Part shown: piece after piece, positions 35,634 through 48,572 of the stretch
Position numbering within the stretch: position 1 is the first letter of the stretch
Layout of the letters: each line of letters opens with the position of its first letter
Assembly (NCBI GenBank): GCA_020536535.1
Contig: JAHLWZ010000222.1
Location: forward strand, 1-64,000
Length of the DNA: 64,000 bases
Source: Pelomyxa schiedti
Taxonomy: Eukaryota > Protista > Evosea
Reading direction: 5' to 3'
The notes under the pieces: model-generated
Told to the model about the DNA's origin: nothing
Database searches by the model: none
The model's input: the letters and a program-made list of their open reading frames with translations, nothing else
Made by a program: the position numbers and the translations under genes

Positions 35634-38600
35634 ATGGGTGTGCGGTTAGGTGGTTTTTTTGTATGGGGCGCGGTGCTGGTGATGACTTGTGGGTGTGCCG
35701 CGGAGTGGCGGCAGGGACACGCAGGCTGGGCGCGGACCGGTGGAACTCCCGAGGGCAAAGTGACGGCGTGGAGTGCTGGGGAGTGCCACGACGCCTGCGC
35801 CGCGGAGGCAGCGTGTAGGGCGTGGACTTGGTACTCGGGTGACGGGGGGGCGTGCTTACTTATGGGTGGTGTCACAGTACCTGTGGTGGACAAATTTGCG
35901 GTACTTGATTGCTCGTTACCTTTTCGGGAGGTTTTGATGAGAGTAAATATCTTGTTAGGTTTCTGGTGTATCTGCTTCAGATTATTCATTGGAACCTAGG
36001 GCTTACAATCCACTCCCTGTTGGTTCTGTGACACCACAGGGGTGGTTGTTGAAGCAGCTTCAACTGCAAGTAACAAAAAAAATAAAATAAACAAACGAAT
36101 TCTCCCTTAACGAAATGCTGTAGGAAGAGGGACTGGCCGGCCATCTGGCACTTTTCTGGGCAGATATTGAAGAGAGTATCCCTCCTGCCTCCATTCGTCC
36201 CATCCATCTAACAGCTTTTTTCTCAAAACAAAAGGCGTTTGGATTGGTGGGACTGCTGATGGTGGATTGCATGAACGTACACCTTACTGGTTGAATGGAG
36301 TCACCCCATTGGAATTCCAGTTGAGAAATGCTGCAAAAAAAGCGGGTGTTGGAGATGATGCTCTCTGCCAAGAGGGAGTTGATATGATGGTATTTACTCA
36401 TTATCCCTGCCTGCAATCGCAACGTCACTACCGTCACTACATACTTGGCAACAAGACATAACTGTAGATATGCAGAATTATGACATAACGAATTTCTACA
36501 CTTCAAGTGTACAAGCCTGCCATGACGCATGCGTTGACAACATGGCTTGCGTTGGATTTGTAGTCAATGACTGTGATCCAGAAAACATTATGTGTTGGCT
36601 GAAGAGTTATGTTGGGCCAACAACAGCAGCCAGTTGTAGATGTTGGGGTACTGTTGATAGAACATATCCGTACATTTCATTAAGACTCGCGCCTCTTCTA
36701 ACTATTCTTAGCCCATTGTGGAATCAAACCCAAGAATACCTGACATATATTCTTGCCCATCAAGAGGCGGATGGATGGATTGGTCCAGATGATGATCCAT
36801 ATGATGGAAACATCTACTGGGGTAGGTTTGATGTGTTACAGACATTCACGCAATGGGCAGAAGCAGATGTGAGTTGCAAATAAATTTGCCTCCTTACTTA
36901 GTACAATACAGCCATCCATGTTTGACCAAATCACTGTCTTCCTCATGAACTTCTTGCTTGATTTGCAGGTTTATTTGTTTTACAAGTAGGTAATCTTATA
37001 CTGTAAGTAGTGGAGAATGACCAACTATGTCGGTCTTCAAGGCTGGGCTGCAGGTTTTGATTTCTGAATTAATGTTCCTCCATGTAATCCCTTTTACCTC
37101 AGCAAGGTGGATGGACCTTGAACTCACTATTCAATGGATGCTTGAAAATGCTCCTCAGGGTCAAGAGCAGGTGTTCCATGTTTAAAACCAAATTAGAACC
37201 TGAAAAAAATGTCTTAGGCACTGTGGGATCTTGGGGAAATGGCCCATTCTCAAGGGTATGACTGGGAGACATGGTTTCAGACTTGGACTGGTTATGCTGA
37301 TACACATGGTGTAAACAATGCACAAGCTCTTAAGAGTGCCGCCGTATGGTGGCGTCAGTCTCATGACGACACTCTTCCTGGTATGACTCTAGCCTTAAAA
37401 ACCTAATCAAACCTACAAACAGATCAGTCAATTTCACGTGTCTGGAATGTTGACAAGACATACGGAGTCTCTTCAGGATTATTCTGTGCAGACGAAGTTT
37501 ACTGTGAATCACCAGAGGAAAAACATCCCTCCAGAGGAACTGAGCTATGTGCTGTTGTTGAAGTTATTTGCGCATAATTATATCGACCCTCTCACCTTAT
37601 TTCAGGCAATGTTTAGCTACGAGACTATGTTTGCAATTCAGGGAGATGTAATGTTTGCTGATAGAGCCGAGAGAGTGGCCTTTAATGCCTTACCGGTAGA
37701 TATACAAAGCCCAAAGTGAATTTTCACGAAAATAGGCAACTTGGGCATCTGCCACAGGAGGCGACATGTGGAACCACCAGTATCTCCAAGGAACAAATCA
37801 GATATTTGCTACACATGCAGACCCTCACATTTGGTCAAGTAAGCACATTTATTGGCACATAAATTATCTGACATTGGGTAGCTGATGGACCAGATTCAAT
37901 GATATATGGTCTGGAGCCAAACTATGGCTGTTGCACTGCCAACTTCCCACAGGGTATTGGTCTCCTCTCTCCCCTAATTGGGTAACTTGTTTTAGGCTGG
38001 CCTAAATATTTACAGTACTCCATATTCACGACTGCAGATGGAGGGGTGGCCATTGGGCAGTATGCTCCTGCCATTGGTGTTCTCCCAGACAAGAGTGCCA
38101 CAGTCACTATTGATACTAATTACCCATTTGATAGTACCATACAAGTATTCTCTCACAAATGTTTCCATCACGACTAACCAAGTGAAAAACCAGGTTACTC
38201 TTTCAACAACCATTGCAAGATCACTTAACCTTCGGATTCCACAGTGGGCAACAGATGCCTCCATTTTAATTAATGGCAAGTCATCCACCAAGCCAGCTGC
38301 TGGGACAATGTACACTGTAAGTTTGCTCGCATCTAGAACAGAACTGATTTTCCTTAGATTTCTGCTCCTATTGGAATAACCACTGTCACACTAGATGTTA
38401 ACCCCAGCATCCGTCTTGAGAGCTGGTATCCTGGTGCCGTGTCTTTGTACCGCGGTCCCCTCATGTTTGCAGCGAACCTTCCTGGCTCATACTCCATTCT
38501 CACCACCTATGCATTTGAGTCTGTAGATGTTGAAGTAATGCCAACCACGGAATGGCGCTGGGCCCTGGATATAAACCCAAATGACTTGAGCCAGCTCTCC

Positions 38601-38941
38601 TATTTCCAACCCGGCTATGTTGACGGTACAGTTACCCCAACTTCAAACAATAGTACCTAACCTCCCTGAAAAAACACACAGGAAATGCTCCCTTCAACCA
38701 CACAAACTTTGCATGCTACATAGAAGCTCCCGTCCGGCGTGTAAACACATGGGGACTCTATAAAAATGCTGCCGCAGCACCACCACCTTCTCCCGCTTGC
38801 TCTAACTCCTCAGCCTGCTCCTCTGCTTCGGGTACTATCAAATTAGTTCCCTATGGATGCACAGACCTCAGGATTTCCCAAATGCCTTTGGCATACTACT
38901 CGGTGCCTGATGGCCTCCCCCCAATGGAATATTGGGGTTGA
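35634..38941 (+). CDS. Secreted GH127-like glycoside hydrolase with PAN/apple-like modules
   Basis: HERTPYWLNG, HGVNNAQALK, GTELCAVVE, DRAERVAFNALP, YGCCTANFPQGWPK. PAN-like 'CHDAC...C.AW/GF' occurs twice. Confidence 0.85.
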
Positions 38942-39117
38942 ATACAATTCGATACCACTGCTAAAGTAGTAACAAAAAAAGAATCGAGTTGGCAACCAAT
39001 GCTCCGTTGGTGGCCTCATAAAATAAGGAGTTTTCTTTTTTTTCTTGTTGTTTTTTGAAGTATTTGTACACTGCTAACAGAAACAGTAATGTAACAACTG
39101 CTACCAAAACTGCACTC

Positions 39118-40404
39118 TCACCAGCTTGTGAATACTGCAAGAAACTGTACCGCACCAGTAGCCACAAGGTCTGTGTTGAGAGTATTCCGTTCCTTATTAG
39201 TCAGAACCTCGAGCAATTTACTTCTTCCGAGGCTCCAGTGATGTGCGCTTTTGTATGTGGCTGCCAACACGACGCCCGTGTAGTCTGATATGTCGTTTTG
39301 GAGATCAAAGCCCTGGCTTGCAATGCCGACTTTATTGCTGTCAAGAAACTTGATGGATAAATTCACTAGTCCGATATCTTCGTAGCCTGTAGGGCCGAGA
39401 CTGTCCAAGAAATGCCGGACAAGGGCTTCAGTTGATTCCCTTGGAAGTTGGAATAAAAGTAATCGTACAACAATTGGTTGGTCTGTGTTATGGTGTTAAT
39501 GGTATTTTTTGAGGCTCGGAAAAGTACTGAAAGTCTCCTTCCATGTTTGTGCTGGAAGTATGGGCGAACAATCTGGAGGATGATAAGTTGCCGGTAAAAA
39601 TCGGGAAAAAAGATTGTACCAGGAGAGCATCTGATTGGTGTTGAGGGGGTAAGAGGGCTAAGATTTAATATACTCTCGGATGAAGTGACAATTTTGGGTG
39701 AACTCTGAATATCTGCAGGGGATTTAGAGTGTCTCCCTTGCGTCTTCTTAGCTGAGTCTCGTTACAAATAATAATAATAAAAAAAGGTTGAGGTGAATTA
39801 CAAGGTTGTCTGCTGCGTATGTGAAAAGAAGGACTGACTACAGTCTCGGGATAGTTCGGAAAGTTTACAACAGCGGCAAGTTCACAGCATAAATGATCTC
39901 TAGAGGGAAAGAAGTGTCAATCAAAATACTTTGTTTGAGTCAGGAAACAACCTTGAAGAGGTACATATAGCTTTAACTTGAAAGGAGAATTTCTCTCTGA
40001 ACTGTTCAACCATGGGTTTGTCATCCAGCTGGACAACTTGAGCAACTTTGCCGTTGGCTTTGTTGCACTTCCAACATAATTTTTCTGAGGGAAATGAATT
40101 CAGAGAAAGCTATCAACAGGATTTAACTCACCAACAAGCGTGTCAGCTGTGCAAAATTGCACATTTCTCACTGCTTCAAATACATCTGCCTCACTCAAAT
40201 TGAACTGTGCTCGCCATTCTTGTTGTACTCGCACAGTCAGCTAAAACAGGATGTCAAAAAAAATACGAGAACTTTGTCAGTAGCATTCATAAAACATACA
40301 GTTGCAGGGATACGAGACCGCACAACACGGTCTATTATGATAGTAGGTTTGTGCACAATCTTTGCCAGAGGGGGCAAAAGCATTTCAGGCACTAGTGAAG
40401 ACAT
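39118..40404 (-). CDS. CudA-family (amoebozoan) transcription factor-like protein
   Basis: 'LCWKC...FSFQVKAICTSSR|DHL...VSPSFHIRSRQP'; CTSSRDHL is the CudA-family signature. Confidence 0.6.
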
Positions 40405-40900
40405 TCTGATAGATCGATTGTCAAAGTCCCAGGGGAGCGAGAGTGGCGCGCGTTGCTTTGTGCTTAATTTTTTATGATTTATGGTTTATTAAATACCCGC
40501 CTGGAACAATGCGAAATTAAACAGCGACTTCTAAGCTCCAAACGCATCCCGAATAATGTTACATGAATGTTGATGTGTAGAAGAAACGATCCTGCCCTAA
40601 ACGGGAACTCATCGATGCCCAAGTATGCTCCTACTTGAGTCAGGCGAAGTTGATATGCCTATCTTGCCGTGTTCGGGTATTCCCGCTGCGGCCACTGTCC
40701 ACATATGGTGGTGATGAATCCTTTTACACCAGATAACAGCCATGATTTTCTAGCGTTAGTTGAAATAATCATGTTCCGCTAATGCTACTTGGTTCGCCAT
40801 GAGGCACGAAGTTCGATTCCCGCCCGTTGATGTTCCGTGCTGAGACTCTGATTGCCACCGGCTGCGTGACAAATCAGAGTTCCTGTTCCTTCACCGAAAA

Positions 40901-42168
40901 ATGATGATGATCGTTGTTTGGTGTGCCCTTTTGTGGGTGCTTGGAGGTGCGGAACAGCGACAACCACTAAGATTCAGAGCGGGAGATGGCGGCACGTGCG
41001 GTTGTGGTGTGAATGGTTGCACTTTCACTGTTGCGACATTTGCGGACATTCACTTTGGCGAGCCGTTCGCGACACAGGACCCCAGATCTAAGGCCATTAT
41101 GAGGCGGACACTGGAGATCGAAGATCCTGATTTGGTTGCATTCACCGGCGACCAAGTGACTGGCAATAACATCGAGACTAACGGCACTTCCGCGTGGTAC
41201 TGTGGCATGTATGTCGCTACGACATCGGTTTTGACTTGGGTTTTCACTAGGGTTGATGCCCTTTCTGTTACGAATGAGAAGGGTTATCCATGGATATCTA
41301 CATTCGGCAATCGTATGTAAGGAAGCTACGCAATGTTGCCAACGGATTATTTCACATTCAATCAAGACGATGACACTGCATACGAGGGTAATACCGCTCG
41401 AACAACCACCACAAGAACAGAGTACATGCAGGTGGACACGTCTTATGCGCTTAGTTACTCTCAGTTCTCACCACCTGGAGTAATGGGCATTTCCAACTAC
41501 GTTGTGCCAATCCTTTTTCCACTGTGTGACGATCCTGCTTTGTTGATATATGTTATGGATAGTGGAGGCGGTACCTTACCGGAATATTTTGATGAGTCAC
41601 AAATCCAATGGTTCATTCCTTTCCATTTCGCCTCTTGCCGAATACTAAGTCTTTGCTTGGATTTGATCCAAATATGCAGGTATCGGGACACTTCCGCTTC
41701 CTATCAGCAACAATACGGTAAATTGATTCCCGCAATTTCCATCTTCCACATTGAACTTCTTGAGGTGCTATATATTCTTTACCTCTCTTTCTCAATACTT
41801 GTAGTATGTTGGAATATTTGATGAGGACACATGTATAGGTGTACAAAAGGAGATCGAGGCAAGCCCGCAAGTGCAAAACACGGGATTTTTCTCTGCTGTG
41901 CAGGAAATGGGAGATGTCCGGGTCATCATTGTTGGCCACCAACATGACAACGACTTCTGCTGTGAACTGGATGGAATACATCTATGCCATGCCCGTCACA
42001 CAGGAATGGGGGGCTACTGCGACGGCCTCATGTGCGACCGCGGCTCCCGCATATTCCAATTCAACCTTACAGAGACATCATCAGGTTCCACCACCATCCA
42101 CACCTCAACCTGGGTCCGAATGGAATCCCTTAACGTGGAGCACTCTGGTGAATGGGACTGGAACTAAC
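40901..42168 (+). CDS. Secreted calcineurin-like metallophosphoesterase (DCR2/PAP16-like)
   Basis: FADIHFGE, FTGDQVTG, FGNH, MDSGGG, FHI, VGHQHDND, ARHTGMGGY. Confidence 0.85.
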
Positions 42169-42292
42169 TGTTTACCTGTTGCCAGAACAGATACACCTTA
42201 CAGAAACTTCGCCAATAAAAACTTTTTCAAATTTCGGTGCCGAATGAAGATTCAATCATTCGCGTAAACATAAAAAATAGAAAACCAATTCG

Positions 42293-43658
42293 ATGGCCAG
42301 TACGAGTGCTACAGGGTCGGTGATGGGGAGTCTTCCTCCTGCCTATATGGGGGAACATGTCCAACGAGCTGTCGTGGATGCTCCTTTTGTAACTTGGTAA
42401 CAATCGATTGTGGGACGGTGTCAGAGGTGAGGGAAGGCTAATGTAGAACATAGTTTGGTGATTGACACTTCTGGTACTATACCTATTACGCCTTCGGAAG
42501 CGATAGCACAAGCAAAGAGAATTTGTGGGGCAAAGCCTCTCCACCTCATGTTGTCAGGTCGGTCCCTGAGGATAGATAAATGGGGCACTCCGGCCTATGC
42601 TAATTTGGAGGTTATTAGATAGTCTCTCACTTTTTAAATTTCAACTGAACATACCTTTATTCGACTACACTTTCTTACTCTTCAGTAGATCAATCGGGAG
42701 ATATTCGGTGTGAATCCTTATTGAATATAAATGTGTTTACGTTAACATAAACATTCCACAGTTAAAGTCCCCGCCACTGTGTGGTTCAATAGCTTGCACT
42801 CTACTAGAGCCACTGCAGTTTCAGGCAGAACTCTCTATCTTCAACCAGCTCCCATTGAGGCTGTTGGAGATGGTGTACCAGTTAGCGTCCATGGTTCGTT
42901 ACAGCTCACGAATGCCAAGTCCGTCACTTTTTACCATTTAACAGGTTCTCATATGGAAGTATCTGGGCCATATCTCACTGAGGCAGATGTTGACTGGATT
43001 CTTGCTGCCGCTGAAAATGATATACATAGTTATATCCTTCCATTCACCGAAAAAACGGAGGACATAACGGGATTGCTTGTGCGTATTTGAGCCAACTCCC
43101 GAGTAACGAACTAAATTTATATCTAGGAGCTGGATCCTGCAGCTAAAGTAATTGTAAGCATAGATTCTGACAAAGGTGTCAATTTTGTTCGCTCAGTTTT
43201 ACCATCTCTCCCGTTCGCATCAACAGGTGATGCTCCACACAAAACTGCTGCCTAATAACATTCTATCAGTCGGAGTTATGATTTACCGGCCGGAAGTCTT
43301 GACATGCTTCGAAGATAAGACTGATATCATTGAGGTTGAACTCCAGAATTCAACAAACACTCTTCCTCACCAGAATTAGTGCCTGCAAAGGCTCATACAA
43401 TACGATGCAAAGGCCATATCCAATCTAGCATTCACGTCACTTTTAAAGGGACCTCTATCACAGTCTGATGTTTCCGATTTACATCTCCTCAGGTAACCAA
43501 ATCTTCTGCTAACCACATCACCCTGACACGAGCCACATAGAACGCTCGGATACAAGAACTTCTTCCTGCGTGGGCCAGTTTGTCTAGATCCAGCGGCGAT
43601 GCAATTAGCGGCGACGGTGTGGAAGAACTACACATCTCGTTACCCCCTTTCTTCATAA
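42293..43658 (+). CDS. Short pyruvate-kinase-barrel-like protein with degenerate active site
   Basis: MGSLPP, 'LMLSGRSLRIDKW', 'YLTEADVDWI...YILPFTEKTEDI...KVIVSIDSDKG', 'VMIYRPEV', and 'SQSDVSDLHLLRTLGYKNFFL..PVC' follow the PK A/B domain order. No C domain is present. Confidence 0.5.
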
Positions 43659-43763
43659 AAAGAAAAAAAAGCATCTTTTTTGTATGACACATTAAAAAAT
43701 TTTTCCTGTGGCATTTGGCAGGAGCGGCCCTCCACAATCTCAAAAAAAAAAAACTGAGGGATA

Positions 43764-44712
43764 ATGGACGTGTATGCAGAGCGGTTACTGTCGCAAATCG
43801 CAGAACATGGTACCACTTCTCAAGCACGGTAGGCTGTGGTGCTGATTGTAATATCAGAGCAATCACACAGAAGATACGAGATCTTGTTAGCTGCGGAAAG
43901 GGCGAAGAATACTGAAGTGCGCAGTGCACTGGAGAAGGTTAGATTTACTTGATTAAAGATGGAAAACATACACAAAAAAGAACCAAATGGAGCTGGTGAA
44001 AGCGTTGGAGAGAGTTGAGACACTGGAAGCTGAGGCAATGAAACTAGCACTGGAAAAGGATAATGCCATAGCTACAAAAGAACATTATTCCATGGCTCTC
44101 AAGGTAGGAGGAGTCTTGTTCTTTGTCCTCAATGTGACCAACAGCAGGATTCCAGGGAAGAAGTTCAACGAGCGAAGCAACTCTTGAAGGAGAAAACCAA
44201 TGAACTGTCAGAAACTAAGTATGTAAAGTGTTACTCTACTACAAGAGAGTCCTAAATACTTCACAGGGAACATCATGCAAGGGAGCTAGATGAAATCAAC
44301 CAACAACTCCGAGAAATTGTGGCGTTCCACAAAAAGCTCCTTGAGGAAAAATCACAAACTGGGGCATCAGTAGCCATCCATTCCCCCATTTCACACTCAT
44401 AGCCCTCTTCAGTTCATTTAACTGTAACTGCGCCATTTTTCCGGGTCAGCTTCCACACTAAGAGGTGGAAGTGGCAAAAGTTTAGAAGCACTTTATGGGA
44501 TACCCCGAAGTGAGAGATGCTTGCATCTGCGCTTGGAAAGCCGAAATATTTCCAACAAGTCCACCGATGTTGTATCAGCAACTACTCAGTGCCGTACAGA
44601 ACACTGGTGCGTATAGATGTAGGATGAACATGTGCAACCCAAAGAACTTTCCAGTGATTTCAACTGCAATAATAATCCCCTTCCCTTCCAACCCCAGCTC
44701 CGTCAATGGTAA
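43764..44712 (+). CDS. Coiled-coil protein (spliced, ends approximate)
   Basis: E/K/L heptad-rich exons joined by short GT-AG introns. Confidence 0.5.
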
Positions 44713-45136
44713 CTGACTTGATGCTCACGACAACCACAGCACAAGTAACGGTCAAATTTTCCCAGTGCGACTGCCTTGGCTTCGCGCTTAGATGTAGCGG
44801 GTGCTTAAGGGGGTGACTTCGCTGGCACAGTCAAATTTTTTGTGTTAATCCATCAAATCTGTAGCTAGGTGCCCTGAATTTTGGATTCCCTGATTGACAC
44901 TTGCTAGTTACATCACCCGTTTGACACCACTTCACTGTACTCCGTTCCTTTTTAAACCCCTGTTTCCCCAGATCTATGTTGCGCTTTAACGTTAAAATAA
45001 AACTCGTGTCTACGAAGGCACATAAAATCTCCCGTTCTTCTTTTCTCTGTTCTATTAGACGACGGCTATGGCATTGCTAAATTCTAATCACGCCGGGGTG
45101 CCACAAAATCTCTTAACTGAACATTCTGTTTGCAAT

Positions 45137-48100
45137 TTAGAAAATGCCGAGACGGCTAGCGCTGGTACTGAGGTCATCGAAATTGAGCTGACGTGCAGGG
45201 GTAGAATAGTCGGTTATACTTGCAGCACTGTTGTTGCCTGGCGTTGTGTTGTTTCCTTCAACAAGAGCTCTTGTAGTCGTTATCCTTCCTGTGGAAAGAA
45301 GGGACAACTCCTGCTGAGTGTTGTGAGCACTCGATGAAGACACGTTCACGGTTGGATGTGTCGAACTACTTCCTTGCACTGTAGACTCGTACTATAAATG
45401 GTCACAGGGGAAAAAAAAAAGGGACTGGAAGAACCTTGAGTGAATGTTGGGATACTTCAACTCCCTTTGTTGCTGCTAACAAGGTCGGGTTGAGTCTAGG
45501 AATATGGTTTTCTTGTGCAGGAAATTAAAAAAAGGTTTACTTGGATGCACACAAAAAGTGCTCTAACGCCAAAGAATGCTTGCCCATAACACACAGAAGG
45601 TTACCGAGTAAACATTCCAAATGAGGTGATTGAACAGTACTGCTTCCTTCTTCCAATCTGTACGAAAGAGCGTTTATTTGCTTGGAGAGGAGTGAGTTTA
45701 GATAAAACATTTTAAGTGCCGCATTTGTGTTCCCTTCTCTGGCAAGTAGTTCCGCTAAACCAATTAAAGCGCTAATACACAGAGGATCAGAAGAAACAGC
45801 TTCTTGATATTTCAGTTTAGCCTAGCCTTGTTAGTAAGTAAATCAATTAATCGTGATAGAGAATAACTTGTTGTCTGCAATTTTCGTCCCCCCACGACAT
45901 GGACTCTGCAAGCATGGAAACCGCATCGGGGTTGGAAGGTAGGGAGTAGTATATATCAGAAGCCACCCGTGAGGCATCAAGGAGCATCCCCAATCTGCAG
46001 TATGTGTGAACAAGTACTAGCCAATTATGAGCCAAGGACGAGGAGAAGTGGGTTGTACATTTCGCAGCCTCTATAGTATGCAATTCCTTAAAGGCTGAAT
46101 GAAGTGGCATCAAAGCGAGATTGTACTGTTCCCCATCAATCAAAAGCTGCCCGTAAAGGAGATTCGCCTTGAAGATTTTAGTGGAACTAACACAACCAAC
46201 ATAAGATAACTGTACCTGACCATGTGAAGCGTCCTAAGAAGAGTGTATATAAATACATGAGTTATTTACTTCCTTAATTTCATTGAAGGGTGGGAAGTAA
46301 TTACAAGAGACAGGGCATTCGAAATTTGTTCTAGAGCCTTGCATTTTGTGTTGGTTTGCTAAAAATGACATTAAATGTGAATCATTTACTTTGGTATACT
46401 GGCCACAAGACTTGAAGCGATAAGCTGAAACAACCCAAGGTTCAGGTCGCATTGGATTGGATAACATTAACTCGGATTCTAGCCTTAATACAACTGAATC
46501 CATGCCAAAATAGTTTTAGATACTAAGTATGTATACTTTTCGAGTGCAGACACATCACTTTGGTCATAGAGTAGAGAAGCATAGATATCCATGGATTGCT
46601 GCGCTGAGGGATACTTGGTCCTAATCTGTTCATAACAATTCATGGCTCCTTGACATCTATTTAATCCAATCAAGCACTTGGCTATGAAGAGTGTCATTGC
46701 TAAAGCTGGAATGTTTCACCTGCCTTTTAGGTCCAATGTCCACATGTTGTGAGGGCAAATGGAAGCAGCAGGGGAAAGGGCATCAAGGGCAGAAGAGTAT
46801 TTCCTCTTCGAATAGAGGCTAGTAGCCGATATAAAAGAAAGTAAACACGAAATGACTGGTCCTGTCATTCCTTCATAAAGTTCGACGAGCCCTGCACTAT
46901 TTCAGCTTCCTTTAACCAAAGATGAAGTTGGTACTTTGTTCAGCACCCATCTCGCAAAGAGCAATGACGGCTTCAATTGTAAAAGGATATTTTCTTTGAG
47001 ATAAGGTGTTAAGAGAAATAGAAGAGTATGGTCTACCGTAGGCAAGTGATATAGGTCTCCGCAGCAACACTAAAGGGGAAAATTAATAACAAAGTAGGGA
47101 TGACCTTATTTTACAAATGACACACCCGTCAAGGTTACTGTGTCTATAGTGCTTCCCCAGAATCAGGTTCAAATGCAAATTACGACATTCTGATGGAACT
47201 GCTTCAGCCTATTTGGATGTAATCAGCATGTCGAATGGCACGTGTGGGTACATGTTGAGCTGCTTCCTTCTCTTGGTTAAGAGCAACATAACATTTAGCC
47301 ATTTTGTAGTGCAGATCATTGATTCGAGGTGGGGTTGGTTGAATTTTACGTTTCAGAATAGATGCAAGAGATTTCTCGAACAGCCCCTTTTGATAATCGG
47401 TGAGTTGTCTCAACCACACTAGTGACCTACCAATGCCCTACGATACTCTCTTGATGCCAAAAAAGCATCGCCCGTAAGTTCATCTGTCACAGAAAGATCA
47501 GACTCAACGGAGGCACTTCCACCAATTACACAACAGCATGTCAATATGTCCTCCAACACCTCTACTGAGTTCGAAGCCCCACACTCTGAAAGGGCAATCA
47601 AAGACTGCAGTGCCAGTGACGATGGTTGGACAGGTGTGGGTGGGGCAACCTCATCGCACTTCTCACCTCCATTCTCTGTGATAATCCTTGGCCCTATGAC
47701 ACACCTAGGCCCAGACACTGGTGTCTTTGGCCTAGTGGCTGGTTTCTTCTTTGCTGGTGGCATTGGTGGCCCACAACGGGAAGGCGCCTGCCTCTTTCCA
47801 ATGGAACCGCCGCTCCCTCTCGCCCCTCTTGCTCCCCTCCCCCTCCCCATAGGCGGTACGTTTGACAGTACATTGTTGCCTTGAGCAGCACCGACCGGTG
47901 TGTGAGCATTGGCACCAGGAGAGACTCTGCTTTCTGGTGGTGGTGATGCCTTCCGTCGCTCTGGCCCCACCCCCGGCACTGCTTGCATCTGATTGCCATT
48001 CGCATTAGTGGGAGTGGTGACCGGTGACATTCTGAGTATCGACACAGGTGATACTCGCCTGTGGGCCATCGCCAAACGTCTCCTTGCTGCGGCCTCGCGC

Positions 48101-48213
48101 CTGACGGCGGCCATGGCCCGATTGACTCTCATCCCTACAGTGTGGCCGCTGTCCGGGGCCTCTGGCTTTTGTTGCGGTTGCTCTTGCTGATCCTGTGGCG
48201 TCGAGATCGCCAT
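45137..48213 (-). CDS. APC7-like TPR protein (anaphase-promoting complex)
   Basis: GDAFLASREYRRAL, 'LHYKMAKCY', CPFTIEAV-like segment, 'MDIYASLL', 'RPEPWVV', and TPR repeats. Start uncertain. Confidence 0.65.
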
Positions 48214-48572
48214 GGGCACATTTGCGGCCGTCAGCGGCGTAGTCGCGGTTGGTGTTTGCGATGTGGGTGCAGTCGTAGCAGATGTAGGTGTCGTCGTAGA
48301 TACCGTCGTAGTTGGCGGTGGCGTAACAAACTGCGAGGCTAACGACGTAGGAACTATAGGAGTTGTACTAGGTGATGTCGACTGGATCTCGGCCTTTCGG
48401 CCGGCCGACGTACGGGCGTGGTGGTTGCGGCCCTTAATTTTAGGTTTTTTTTTTGTGTTTCTTCTTTATCTTCTTTCCATTAAAACAGGTTGCGTGATGG
48501 CATCGGGACTTAGAACCACTGGATACACTAATCCCCTGCCGCAACAAGATGAGAATCCTCGTTCTATTTCTC

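Noticed and set aside
40700-40850. GTTCGATTCC B-box-like motif and a GTGATGA...CTGA C/D-box-like pair
   Set aside because: No T-arm pairing or cloverleaf, and no recognisable rRNA-antisense element or terminal stem.
44760-44960. Intergenic stretch with Sm-site-like AATTTTTTG
   Set aside because: No similarity to the conserved U1/U2/U4/U5 motifs; likely overlapping 3' UTRs.
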